From NCBI GenBank assembly GCA_976226885.1, contig OZ320316.1, positions 88,226,001 to 88,290,000 on the forward strand: DNA of 64,000 nucleotides, given 5' to 3'. Source of the stretch: Iphione sp. A-MEVVRFRX5. Its lineage: Eukaryota. The translations under genes and the position numbers were made by a program. Below, one piece after another: positions 27,141 through 40,664 of this stretch (the stretch's first letter is position 1; every line of letters begins with the position of its first letter). A model generated the notes under the pieces. It was not told the DNA's origin, ran no database searches, and saw only the letters and a program-made list of their open reading frames with translations.

Positions 27141-28459
27141 GCTTGCTGTTGAGCACTCTCAGTCCCCTTTCCTGTCAAATCAGGGCACAGCTCTAAACCT
27201 CTCGCCCCATCACCACATTGATTTGCTTTTATAACGTGCTGAATCACAGCGTTTTGCCAGGGAATAACTACAAATTACTTTCTTCTTACTGCGAGCCTGT
27301 CTAAAGGATGACTACAAAAACCAAATGAAACCACAGTAACTTTCAGATAACTAAAGTACTGTTTAATGGATGGACATGTACATGAATGAGACCGTAATAC
27401 AATTAAGTATGCATGTACATTTCCCATGCAAGGAGACGGTTTGTGTGTAGCATTTGGTTGGGCTGCCATGTGAAAATTAAATCGGATGGGATGCATATAG
27501 GAAAGACCCGACCAACAAGGTTCCCATGTTGAAAAAGCAATAATTTTGAGTGTGCCCGAAATTACCACCTGTACGAAGAGCTGTGGTTGTAATTGCCGGA
27601 TCCACTTTTTTCTTGCACTTATGAGGTTCGTTAATGAGGGTTTCAGCGCATGCCCAGGTATGGCCATAGAAATTGGCGTTATTAGTCATCGCCTCTGCTG
27701 CGCAATTAGGCATCCGGCAAACGTTACAAATCATACCATTAAACCTCCTCCTACCCATCCAGGCGACATCTCCTGCAGGCCAGCGAACAATTAAGTCTTT
27801 TGATTTCTCACAAGGAAAAATTAGAGGGGCAAAAAGTAGCTGGGGAGGGAAGATGACAAAACCTCTGGTGTGGGATCGATTCAATGGCCAGCGGTACTGA
27901 GCTGCAAAGTGGAAGGGCTGCATGGCACAGAAGAACTCCCTTTCATCCACAGTGGGTGCATCGGGTCAGTGTCCCAGCATGATTACTGTTATCCTGGACA
28001 AACTAACCGAAGTGTACGTTGCAGTAGGCGACAGGGCAGGAGACTGTTTTTTATGGTGTGGTAACTAAGTTTAGTTCCCAGACGTTAACTAGAATAACAG
28101 CTCCCTGTGAGAGTTGGGGTTAAATATTGCGACTGAGTTGGTGGTCGATAAGTATGATGTGTATGTTCCATTTAGGGGAAAGGCTTAAGTATTTGCAGTC
28201 CTAGAATTGCCCTTTCGTTGAATGCTATGCATCTACTTGTACAACAAAGTTTCACCTTTCCTTAGATATTCCCTAGGTATTTTACATGCTATGGGTAGCC
28301 ATGCTGCTAGGCGGCATAAGCGCGACTGAAACACGAGAACAATTCACTGGGAAGATGACCCAACTGCAAATAAAAGCGAAACTCATGTTCTATAAGTAAC
28401 CCGAGAAGGCAGGAAGAAAAACGTCGATAACGGAACGGATTGTGAGACGCTGACGCTAC

Positions 28460-28547
28460 ATGGATTATCGATGGCGGCTTCAAGTAAATGCCAGTGCGTG
28501 GACAGCGAACGCGGGCTTGGATGTCGCCGTTGAAAGACGAACGGAAG
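28460..28547 (+). CDS. Candidate alternative first coding exon
   Basis: ATG at 28460 in a CpG-rich patch, open frame MDYRWRLQVNASAWTANAGLDVAVERRTE, donor AAG|GTAAAG at 28548 (phase 1, compatible with exon 30515). Confidence 0.15.
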
Positions 28548-30514
28548 GTAAAGGCTCACGATCAAGTAACGCTGGATATCACGCTCTTTCATGAGGATTG
28601 TTCGTCATCATTGTGTACACTATCTATTTGTTGCGGCCGGCGCAGACGTCACGTAATTCCTGTGTACTTTTATTTGATCCTGCCTCGAACACACATGGAA
28701 GTATCAGTGGCAGGGAGATTCTTTCATTGTGGAACCAAACGCAAGCACACTGTAGTATCTCAAGACTGGCACTCGTCCTCTTACGCGGTGCCTAGCGTTG
28801 TGTGTCCCGCTTGTGAATCTAGCCAGTACTCAATGCCCTTCTCATAGTCCGACACAGTAATGCTACGGCTAGAGTCTGTGCAACATTGGCTCAAAGGCAT
28901 CCGTATCGCCGGCCCTGATTAACTAGACCCGAGTCCTTAAAGGCGTTCTGCAGACAGACCAATAGGTTGGCGTTAATAGAAAAAAACAGAAGAAACGCGT
29001 GACACGGACAATGCTAAGCTTGAGAGCGTTGTGTCTCTTGAAAGAAATTCAAGCCAAAGGCAATCAGAGTACCATGTCTGCTTCCCAAACTAATTTGCTG
29101 CTGACATAATCGCAGGTAAAGCTACGCGATCCACTGACGGATAAACACAATTAAACCTTTCAGCTCCATGCAATTGGCAACCGCAGCTTTCATTACAACT
29201 GAACTAAATTTCACGCACGTTGCTATAATTGGATATGAAATGTATACATCTGTACCTGTGACAAAGATATAGTTCTACGTGTGAATTGATACCAACAATT
29301 GAAGTACATGTTCCAGGGAGTACATGTAGTTTTAACGGGTGTGCAAGCACTACTTCAGGTTAAAGCAAGTGAAAGATTTGTCGTTATGAATGCTGCTCAT
29401 TTAACGGAAATAGATTCTTCTCACGAAAACATGTTTCTGGGCATTTTATTTCGACTAAAATAACATAATACCAAAGGTAATGAATCACATTTCGTGAGTT
29501 GTGAAATTTCTTTCCCTTCCAACCTTTATTGGTTAACTGTGCGTAAAATCAGTAGAACCGTGCCGGCATGCCTTTGTAGCTTTTGTGTGGGAAAGGGTAC
29601 ATGTATATGCCATGTGCTGTAACATGCATGGCGAGTGTCTGGTGTCAGAGGTGTGCAGCAAGTGTCCTTGCATGACTGACCTGAAAAGTCACCACAGAGG
29701 AGGGCTAATCGTAGACGTAAGGCATAGGAACTCTCATTTCATCTATCACCGTCTTGCAACTGTCGCATATTCTAATCACACGCATGTCAGCGTTGAGAAC
29801 TCGGCGAATATGTTCTCGTATACATACATACATATAACCTCTGTGTTGCACAGGAGCGTCACTCATTTCCTATTGCAGAGAGTATGCGTAAATGTACAAA
29901 TTGTCCATTGATTTCCGTCATCACTGAAATTCAGTGTCGAAGCCAGTCTTCCAAGACGTTGCCTAGCGAAAGGCTTATTTTTCTAACAGGAGACAGATCC
30001 CCTTAGAGCCTGACAGAGGGCCTTGAACCCCGCACTGGGGTCCAGTATTGTCGTTTATCTCTTGTAATATCACCCCTTTTTGAGGGGAGTCTACGCAATT
30101 CAAAGGCGTGTGTGTCGATGCTGAGCGATGTTGTCATGTTCGTTCCTGTCCCTAAGGTGAGACATGAAAAGGTGGAAATAATGGAGATGTTCCGCCGACA
30201 GTCGGCGCGTTATGCGCTCGGCTGGGTCACGCCATGTGACAAAGAGGGAGGGAGCCGTGCAGACAGGTGCAGACGAGCAGGAGGCGATTCCTTTATGAGC
30301 AACTCGCCGAGACAGGCAGCACGTCTGGAGGATGATTCAACCTAAGCTCATACATAACTTATGAATATTGACGTTGGCGCTGTTAGGCTGCAGCAGCAGT
30401 GGCCCTTACATCACTCCTACTGGCTGTCAATCAGCTCACAGCGCTGTTACGAGCAGCTCTGGTACGAGAGTCTCTCCACCAGCTCTCCTGGAGTGTTCGC
30501 TTCTTTCACCGCAG

Positions 30515-30593
30515 ATAACGTGGAGGCACTGGGTTTCCATGGAAACCAAGCAAAACATACTATTTCAGCCTTCATTAGGAAGAGAAAACCATG
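30515..30593 (+). CDS. Candidate 79-nt exon
   Basis: Strong acceptor gttcgcttctttcaccgcag (AG 30513-14) and donor ATG|GTAAGG at 30594. Two frames are open: DNVEALGFHGNQAKHTISAFIRKRKP(W) or ITWRHWVSMETKQNILFQPSLGRENH(G). Confidence 0.35.
30533..30546. promoter_or_regulatory. RFX X-box motif
   Basis: GTTTCCATGGAAAC, a perfect palindromic match to GTTNCCATGGNAAC. Confidence 0.6.
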
Positions 30594-31354
30594 GTAAGGA
30601 TTTTCTAGTCCCGCCTCCGGCTTTGCTAGCTTTGTTACAAAGGAGGCAGTTGCTGAAGCAGAATGATTGGATGGTATTTCAGTTTAATGACATATATTAG
30701 ACTTTATAAGGCCTTCTTTTCGACACCTGATCGCGAAGGCGGAGATTGACTCGAGGAATGATGAGTGTTAATGTTTAACTTATGACTGCAACCTGCGTTA
30801 CTGCACTTTTATTCACCATTCATTCTGTAGCATTAAAATGTTTAATAAAATATGAGGATGATACGAAGAATTGAATGAGTGTGATTTATTTGCACAACCG
30901 TTTTTTTCATGCGGAATTCTGCTACGCCCTCATACCTTTTCCCCTGAGTCTTTAATGATGTGCTGATTCTGTCATACATATTACTCTTGTTTTCAAGATG
31001 TTTTCGTTTAAAACAACGCCGTTAGCAATATTCGACTCGTGACCAAAGTGATGATTGTAATACAGAAATGTAGACGGACTATGTGTGCAGAGAATAATAA
31101 ATCCAATAAAGGAAGTCTGGTAGCACAGTGGAATTGATGTCTTCTAATAAGCCAACTGGAGGGAGAAACCATTGGGAATGCTGTACAGTTTATTCTTTCC
31201 CATATGTACAGTTCAATTTATATAATATACATATACTCGACCTTAATGGAAGAAGGCCAGCAATAGTCATGTGACAAATGCTTTTCGTAATGTATTGTCC
31301 TTTATTACTAGAATGGTAAAGATTTAAACATTTAATAATACATTTGCGTAGGGG

Positions 31355-31366
<12 letters not shown>

Positions 31367-31411
<45 letters not shown>
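31367..31411 (+). repeat. (GA)22 microsatellite followed by a purine-rich tract to about 31467
   Basis: Read directly. Confidence 0.97.
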
Positions 31412-31413
<2 letters not shown>

Positions 31414-34400
31414 CACATAATTAATACATTAGAGAAAGAGAAAGAGAAAAACGAGAGGGAGAGAGGCATGCCATCTATGGGAATGTGCAACCTGCCAAGC
31501 CGCTGGAACCCCGGCATTTATTGACTACTTATAAGCATCATCTACAGTCCCAAGCGACGCTCGATTCGACAATAATCCTGCGATTCATATCTCACCATCA
31601 CTTTGAAACCCCGCGCATAGCAAGTGGAAATTATTTCACAGTCCATGCAGTATGTCATTGCAATTGTTCTCATGTTGCATTTCGATCTGTGTGGAGGATT
31701 TTTCCATCTGCTCGTCGCACCAAAGGACAACTATCACGTTATGACATGCACTAACCGTATGTATACATACACTTGCGTTGACAAAAGGGGCGATGGAGCA
31801 CCTAATGGACCCAACATCAGCGCCACTTTCATTAACCATGAACCACTAGATACGCTCACAATACTTCTCTGTTCAGGTTGCATGTGCGTTATTAACAGCA
31901 AATTTTTTATGCTGCGACATACTTCCTGGAATATGTCCGCTGTAGAAAATTCCTTCTCGCTCGCTTTAATTGTGGACCTAGCATGTACCCCGAGTTCGCT
32001 TGGTCAACAATAGCTGCTGCTCTGTGTTTCTGATAATGTGTCTCGCCGTACAGACGTTGTATTTGAGATGTCTTTTCAAGGAGTAAATTGTTAGCATCTT
32101 CTTTAACTTTGAAATGTATATCTCCTCATATGCATACACGTTACTCCTGATATGCATATATACACATTGATGCATTAATGCGCCCCGGCGTAGTAAACAT
32201 TGCTCTCCTCACTGAAGAGCTCTTAGCATCAATCGTTAACTTTACGTACCAATATAGCAGCAGCTAACAGTTTTCATCCTACCGTACTAAAGTTACAACA
32301 ATGTAAATCTAAGCCATGGTTAGAAGTGTCGTCAACAATGGACGTATATTTATTATTTGAATATACTGTTCATGAATTGTGTTTTACGAGGCCAGTCACC
32401 CACCTAATTATAATGCTATTTCAGCAGCCGGGTAGTTTCCTGTGCGAGACATTCACATGTGATTTTCCTTTTTCGTGTCAGTAATGTCACCACATTTTAA
32501 TTCATGATTATCTTTTACCTTTTTCATATTTTTTTTGTTCAGTTCACAGGAAGAACTCCGATTACATTTAACAAATATACACGGGAGAAGTGAATAAACA
32601 TTTTCCAATCCAGTTCCAATTTTATCTGCGCGTTTTATTAATGAATTCCTGTGACATGTTAAAGTACATACACTTAGCAGCAGTCGCTGAAATGCTTACC
32701 GAATATGTGAGGCTGCACAGTAGATATACATTTACATGTATATGTAACGGAAATGCGGTTCAGGTCGAACCGACAATAGATACATGTGTGGGTAGACGAT
32801 AGGAGGTTCCTGTAAGTACAATCCGGGAGGAGTACCAGTCCGAACGGACAGAGCGCCTGGTGGCCATGAACGATAAATGAACGAACAGAAGACCGATATA
32901 ACTAGTAGCTACATATTAAGTGAGGCCAAATAGCAACGTGCAGCAGACATGTCACACATAATTTTTTTATTTGCCGGAGAGGACATCTTGCCTAACAAGC
33001 ACTAAACATAAAAGACACGCGATTGTTAGAATTAAAGTTCAACAGTGGCGCCACCTTTTGTGGTTTAGTTCAAATTTCTTTCGCTGCCTTTGATTTACAT
33101 CAGTTTAAGTTTACCTAAATTTCCTTTTAGAACTTTCTACTGTATCGGCGGAAAGTCGATACATATTAATTATTAGTATGGCCCGTTTATAAAAGCAATA
33201 GCTAATTTACGTAACATATCGAGGATCTTGTGATGTTCATACCTATCTTATAGCATATTATAGACTGCATATAATGCCAAATCCTAAAACGTATACCGTA
33301 TATCAAAATACTTACAGCCAGATAGTTGTATTTCTTGCTACGCGTCACCGTCGGCTTATTGATTATGGAGCGGCGCCTGACATTTCTATCTGGGAAGGAT
33401 TGTGGATGTTCGAAGACCCAGAAAGGTCCATGTGGCATTTGAATGTGAGAGTGAGACACTTTGCCAGGGATGGGCTGTGACAGAACTAGGCAGATCCAGA
33501 ATGTAATCACATATTGTCAGGGCATCTGAGATAGCTTCATAGCGGTGTATGATAAGGTAGATGTACATTTACCCAATGATAAGCTAGTGCCTGCGGACTT
33601 ACCCTGAATAGACGTCTAGGGTAGAGATCGTGTCAACCTGACATCTGAGTCTAGGCCGAAATGGTCGAGCTACGATGTTCGCAATATACCTGTAGTTTTG
33701 TATAGGTGCCCCTATTTCCTTCCCATGTTATCTAGTCATGTTTTAAATGATATTTTCAACTCTGGCGCTTTTCGCTCGATCTTTCGTGTATGATTGCCAT
33801 TAAACAGACATAACTTGTCAATTAATAGGCCTGACAAGGTACTTCAGTAAGAATCGGATTTCTATGCTTGATGATAAGTCGTAGCGACACAAGACGGAGA
33901 TATCAAAGGGGTGTGCACGATGATAACGGAGACCAATTGACAACTTGCTACACGTACTTGCCAGCCACCATTAAAGTCTTAAATCGCGAAAATAATTCCC
34001 CTGGAGCACCTAATGTTTCATCAAATATCACTGTATGGTCCAAGGAGGTGGACACATTGGATGGCTGTATATGTGCCTCAGGGGAGTCATATTTTCCGAG
34101 GAGAGAGGGAGAGACGGACGCTAGGTTGAATCGCGTGGCAGACATCCAAGTCTCGTGTGTTATAGCCGATGGCAGCTGTTTAGTCTATGTCTGTGCCAGT
34201 GACCGATGTAAAATTGGTTACAGACGGCTACATTAAGGATTGCCTCAGACCAGCCATCGTAGCCATTTACACGAACAGCCAATGTTCTGACGTCAAGTAT
34301 TTGCTTTTACCAGATATTGCCAAATTATCAGACTGAATTGCTTTCTGAAACGTGTCACTTCTATCTCATAAATGACTGGAAACTATACAAGGCACTGCTT

Positions 34401-35410
34401 CAAAGTATTATGACTTCGCCAGTTTTTGCCACTTTTATCTGAAAAAATTTGCAAATCGAATTGATTTAAAGTTAATTAATTTCACTTATATACACGTAAT
34501 TTTATCGGTTGTGTTTCCACAAACAAATAGAAAAGGATTCTAGTAAATGCAAGGCGCGAACTCTATTCTACGGTTGTTAGATGCAATACATGTCCTATGC
34601 ACAACACTGTAACCTGTAGCTGTATTTCTGGCAGAGCCTGGCCTCTCATACTGTGACCACAGATGCCACACTAGTGGCGTCAAAGCAATCAAACGTCGGA
34701 AGGCAGGTTTGCTTACTTTAAAGTTAAGTTGTTTTTTTCATTCAGTGGTTATTCCTGGCTGTCGGTGAAAAACCCTCCAATTTCCTCGGCCATTTCCATA
34801 TACTACTAAGACAACTTAAGTCAAGATGGACGGTCTCTTGGTATTTATAGCTGCACGCCATGTAGCACGCAGGTTTGATGTGAATTAAATTGGTCTCGAT
34901 ATGGTAAATTGGAAGATATTTTACGTTAAAGTAGTTATATCTCGGGAGTATAGACCTATCATAAAGGGCCCTACTCTGTCAGGTACAGTATGGTTGTCCA
35001 GAAAATAAAACGTTAATCTATGTAGAGGATTTATTCGATAAGGAGCATTACATTCTTATATTACCCTCAGGGAACGTCAAGTACATCCACATGGACAAAG
35101 AAGGAGATTACGATGGAAGACTGTATCTTAATCTCCCCGCAATTGTTGGGCAGGAGTGGCTTAAGAGGAAAGATGCATCAGTAAATAAAGGGTAGCATGT
35201 GCAGAGAAGCGCCGCAGCCAGAGGCAGGTGGAGGAAAGGTTGGGGGGGGGGGGACAAGTATTAAGACCAACATGGAGAGAAGACGAACACAGGCGGTAGC
35301 AGATCGATGCACCTTGCCTGCTGACACGGCACGTTCTCGTGCGTCTGGCGTGCGTCTCCCGGCAACCACTGGCGTCATTTGGCGGCTCGGCAGCGTTCCA
35401 CGAGGCCTAC

Positions 35411-35525
35411 CTGTTAGCAACGCCCAGCATTCTTTAAAGTTGTGCTACCAGCAACCTTTTAACGGCTTCGACCTCCATGCCTCTCGCGTTGGCCTTGACT
35501 GTGCTCTCCTTTCAGTGAATTCTAT
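35411..35525 (-). ncRNA. Candidate non-coding (UTR or lncRNA) exon, 115 nt
   Basis: Acceptor gtgtctcctttccacctcag (AG 35527-26) and donor CAG|GTAGGC at 35410. All three frames contain stops. Confidence 0.25.
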
Positions 35526-36649
35526 CTGAGGTGGAAAGGAGACACTAAAGGTTAGACCCGAAAAGAACATTCTTCGCTTCAGCAAAGCTCTTTGTCTCGG
35601 TGTTCGGTGAACCGTTCCTCGCATTCGCTGACAAATACAAACTGTTTTTTTTATATATGCTCCTGGATGCATATATTCGTCAATGTTTTATCAATAGACG
35701 GCACTCATTTACAATGTACGTATGTACATTTTTTATTCCCTTACGATATATATTAATCGAAGCGAAAGTAGTCTATCCTCGTTGCATAGGTTTAAAAGCG
35801 TTCTTCTACCAACTGCTGTGGTATTAATAGTTTACATGTATATATCACGCGATTCACTTATTATATACAGAACATTAACTAAGTGGGAACATTCTTGTTG
35901 AAGTTCAACTGAAATATTATTATTATGTTACCTCTCCAATGCGTACCTGAGCCACTATCTTGTCTGTAAATTGCTTTTATGACATGCTGGCTTGTGCTTT
36001 TATGGCAATATTACGCATGCAAAATAAACTCCTTAAAATATGTAATGGCTCTGCGACACATTGTGTAGGGAGAGGCTTGCAATCGTTGTTGTACATCCTG
36101 GAGAAGTAATCAGGTTGTGGACGTTCTCTTTACAGCTCATCGATTGCAAGACAATAATGAATACCACGATGAGATAAGCATACACGCGGTAAAAGTCTAT
36201 GCGTCTAAAAGGCATTTCTTCATCAAATGTCTGCGCGGGTCATGGCAACAAACTAGCCCCCGTGTACTCATGAAGGGTCAGTGTGTAATGAGTGTGCATT
36301 TGAATGGGCGCATTATGGCCATGAACACAACAAACACGACAACCTGTGACTCAACCACTATCCCAACTGAAACCCTGGATGGGGTCATCACATGGTCACG
36401 CCTCATTAAAACCGCCATTGTAGACGACTCGCTGAACAGGTAAAAACTCAAGAAAATATCGTCTGCCTCGTCTAGACAAGAGAAATATACACACAAAAAC
36501 ACAATAATCTTATTTTGGAGCATCCAGCCACGCTGTCTTACTTAATGATCTTATTTAGAGCTCCACCTGTCGGTTGTCTGACAGGTTTTTTCTTGACGTT
36601 TGCTATTTTCATTTTCTTGAGGATATTCAATATCTCAGCAAACACCTTG

Positions 36650-36684
36650 CCACCCCCACCCCACCCACCCACCCACCCACCCCC
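36650..36684 (+). repeat. (CCCA)n-like C-rich tract (G-rich on the minus strand, G-quadruplex-competent)
   Basis: ccacccccaccccacccacccacccacccacccccc-type tract read directly. Confidence 0.9.
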
Positions 36685-37905
36685 AAAAAACAGTTGTGGA
36701 TTCAAGGCCGCGTATGTTTAACCTGTGCATGTGCTCGGACTCACGAATAGGGCCGGCACACACGTGACTTTGTTTGGCTGTTCGCACTTCTTTTGTCAGT
36801 CAGGTGTCCTGGAGCGTGTTTCAGCATCAGTCGCTGGTAGAGATAATTCTCTTGCCTCAACCCACGCAGCAACAGAACAAAAGCTTGAATATAAATGGAT
36901 GAGAGCACGGATTTATATTCTACCACCGCTTAAAAAAGAGTGTATTCTAGTGACGCAGTATTTACGTGTTCAACGAATATAGCACAAATGACTATTAAAA
37001 AAATTCTAAATGACCATAAATACTAAAACTCACTGTCCAAGCGTTGTCAATGTTATGACAGAATAGGAATATCAGGTCTGTGAGAAAATATTTACTCTTA
37101 TTCTTCCTCTGGCGGTCGGCTCACCATTATGGTGACATAGGAGAGGCACGTCTGCCGGAGGCCCACGCGAACCTTTCCGTACACTTGACCACACCCATTT
37201 ACCAGGCCGGGTCCGACGCGGACGTGCGGAATCCGCGATATTTTCTCCCCTAATATGGGCTTACATCACCCAGCCATCTTAAGGCACTCAGACTCTCTTC
37301 CTGGATGCTCTGCAAGGACCTTGAAGTGACCATTAAGTGAGGTTATCCCAGCGTGCACCAAGGCCCATCAGGGCTACAATCGCACCCTGATGTGGGCACC
37401 ATACCTCATTCAGTGGGTGCAGCTGGCTGACAAGTCTCCAGATAGAAGAGCCCAGCTTCTTCTCTCGTTTGTCTGTTCAAAGATAGTTTCTTAGCCAGAG
37501 TTTTACCGGAGACTAGTTAAAACACTGCACTCACATTACGGACCAGATATATTCATCACGCAACACAATTTTACCCGCAATATTATGCGAAGAGAATGTC
37601 AGCAAATCTTTGTTTCACGCATTGCAGTCATGTTTGCCTCTCTTTTTTGTATGTCAAAAAGGCTATAACGAATAGGTCGCGGTGGAGGGAGTTCGGCTCT
37701 CACGATGTGTGTTCCGTCTGACATTCAATTAGGATATCACATAGCGCCGGGAAAGTCAACGCATGGTGTCACCATATTTCTATCGCCGTGAAGACCTTAC
37801 ATTAACAGCAGCCTCGTATCATCGTGTACGTCGCATGTAGTAGCGTTCGGCTCATGTCAACGACAGCGACCGCCCTGGAGATATCATGATGAGAGTGCTA
37901 GTCAG

Positions 37906-37919
37906 GTTACCATGGCAAC
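37906..37919. promoter_or_regulatory. RFX X-box motif
   Basis: GTTACCATGGCAAC, the canonical X-box, in a CpG-rich patch about 520 bp upstream of candidate exon 38438. Confidence 0.65.
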
Positions 37920-38437
37920 TGCTCAGTGAGCAAGAACATGGCGTAGCGGCCAGGCTGGTTATGATCCACACTTTCCACCTAAGTGGCCATCATAGACACG
38001 CCGGTTGGGCACGGCTGCACTCGATGACAGCAAATACAAATTGACTTTTCTTATTTAGGGCTATTCATATTGTCGTTTCTGTCCGAAGTATTTTTTCTCG
38101 ATCGTCTGTCCATAATCTCGCCTTTGACACAGAGCATCGAGTGTCGCCTTTTGCCGTTACACACGACACCTTCACAACGTCATTTTTCTTTTAAAAAGGG
38201 AAGGAGATTCTTTATCTTACCATTCACTCTGAATTCTTTTATGAAGGATAAATAAGTTGTATAGAAATATATATGTGACGTTTATATGTATTTGAAGATT
38301 GTGTCCACTGATTTTAATAGCCTAGCCTAACGAATGTGTCCAACCATTACAATCAATGTGCACGCTAATGTATTCTAGCAACGACAGCAATATATAGCTT
38401 AGAGAATGCAACCTGATTCCCCCTTTTCTTGTTCCAG

Positions 38438-38475
38438 GAGCAAAACCAGTCAGCGGCAAGCAGAAATCGATATTG
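38438..38475 (+). CDS. Candidate 38-nt exon
   Basis: Very strong acceptor tcccccttttcttgttccag (AG 38436-37) and consensus donor TTG|GTAAGT at 38476. All three frames are open internally (e.g. SKTSQRQAEIDI or AKPVSGKQKSIL). This is the best splice-signal pair in the window. Confidence 0.55.
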
Positions 38476-39441
38476 GTAAGTAATTTTCCCATAAATACTC
38501 TGGCATATATTCCTTAAGACACTACACAAAGTTTGCTGCACTATGATTTGCTACAGGTGTTTTGCTTCTTTGACGGTGGAAGCAGTTTGATGAAAAACAG
38601 AATGAAGAAAATGTATATGTTTGCTCAGTATGATGGAGACTTAATCCTGTACCAAGTCCTTTTTAAATGCAACATGAATACAGAGAACCCATGCTTGTAC
38701 AGTACAAGCACATGTATACCACTTTCAATATGCAGGTTTATTCATGTCCTGCACAGCATGCAGTATAATCTGTCACAGGACTATCAGTTCAAATGGTAAA
38801 CATACAAAATAACAGACCTCTGCCATTTTAATTTTTGAACAAATGAATATAATTGGAATAGACTATTTCTAACTAAACATATAACAGGATGATTTAAAAA
38901 ATAGCATGTTAACATACTCCAGATACATAATGAATCTATTTCAGTGCATATATACCTTTAAATGAAAAGGTTTTTCAAAATGGGTCATCCACTCTCAAAC
39001 TGGAAGTACTCAAATTTTCTGTGCTGTGTATATGCTCAGTTGTGTGATTCTCATGGCGTGATGTTCTTAACAGAGTCATATAGCATACATGTATATGAAA
39101 ATGTGGCCTGGGTACCTGTCGAATTTTAAGCATGCATAGTAAACAGATGATTTGTTCATTTCTTGCTTGTGAGTGGTTACCAAAATACATCGACAAGAAC
39201 AATTCTAAAAGGTATGATTAAAATCAATGTATTACCACATATGGACGGATATTACCATACTTGCAGTAGAAATATGTGATTGTAGATTTGTTTTGCTGTA
39301 TGGCCCTAAATTGTAGCATCATCCATAACCGATCTTTGGTTTGGCAAATAATTTGCCACTCCATGTTGAAGCTTTGCCCTTTTCTGAATTGACCCATGTT
39401 AATTTGGGCAAAACGTGTCAATTCTTTCTTTTTCCCTGCAG

Positions 39442-39465
39442 AGGAAATCTGCTCTGCAACGTCTG
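39442..39465 (+). CDS. Candidate 24-nt micro-exon
   Basis: Very strong acceptor attctttctttttccctgcag (AG 39440-41) and donor CTG|GTAAAT at 39466. Frame-preserving (EICSATS or RKSALQRL). Confidence 0.45.
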
Positions 39466-40647
39466 GTAAATGCTGCTCTGCTCTTCTACTGTTTTTGAAC
39501 TTGTTGACTAGCAGCCCATATCAAACGACCAACAAGGAGTCATGGCATTCCTTTAGTTTTATCAGGGACAATGTTTTACAACAGTTATAACCCATTAAGT
39601 GTAGTTTTCAAATAGAAAATAGAAACGTTATTCCTCTATGCACTAAAAGTTTTATTTTATCTTAATTATATTAAAGATTTTTAATAGTTAGATAAAATGG
39701 CCAACATGCATGCATTATACAGTAGACATACCTGTGTTGGAAGGGCTGTGCAAGGTTCAGTAATACCGTAATGGCAGTATTGACATTTTTGTAATAAAAA
39801 GTCAGATTATAGGGATATCGGTCGTTGTTGAAATGCTAACAGGAAGATCTATTTTGAGAAACATGTAATGACGACTATATAGCGTTGATGTCAGTCTACG
39901 TTCTATTTTCGCTCATCTATATAAGGAATATCGACGGGTTTTGGATGACACGTCCTTTTCTTGGATATGAAAGTCTCCAGGAGAAGGTTTTGCTATATGA
40001 ACACTCGGCAGTTTATTCACCATCAATCATCTTCCCTAGGCGCACCTGAGTTACGGAAATTTTGTCATATGACCTATATAAGATATAGCAGACGACAAAC
40101 ACATAAGAAGGAGCCAAGAGATTATAGAACCTTTCAGAAAATGGGATGCGATCTTAGCCACGTAGACTTAAGTTATCAATCTTTGAAGCGCTACTCTGAT
40201 GAATGGACCCGATGATCTCAACCAGAGGGAAAAGGATTACTTTAACTTTCATGTTGAAAATTACAATGCAAATTGCTCTAGACAATGAAAGGGATTTTTG
40301 CCATTCTCTGATGGCACTGAAACGAGATTGTTGCTAATGGGAGTTCGACGGGATTTAATGGTGACTAATTAATAGTGTTTAATAAGCATACTATGCTGTC
40401 GGCATATGGACTCATTACAGAAGCACGTGATATTTATTGCTTTCCTGCACTGTAGTTATATTGACCTGCACAGGAACATAGACACTGTTTTCGAAATAGA
40501 CGAGGGCAAAAAAGATCGGTTATTGGTACCTGCTATCGACCGCATCGGTCCATTCGGCCACTTTCAACGTCGATGTTCCCCGAGTAGACGAAGGAAAACC
40601 TCTTGTCATATCAAAAAACGTTCGGTCGGCGCGCCCGGAGCGGTGTC

Positions 40648-40664
40648 TGACCTGAGGTTGACCC
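40648..40664 (-). promoter_or_regulatory. DR5 nuclear-receptor element (RARE consensus)
   Basis: Minus strand GGGTCA-acctc-AGGTCA, an exact RGKTCA-N5-RGKTCA match, inside a CpG-rich island (about 40500-41300). Confidence 0.45.

Noticed and set aside
33274-33480. LIDYGAAPDI resembling an ankyrin repeat
   Set aside because: A single short match, with no TPLH motif or neighbouring repeat and no splice support.
33948-34145. TVIFDE Walker-B-like motif in a minus-strand ORF
   Set aside because: No Walker A motif in frame, the ORF is short, and a chance match is likely.
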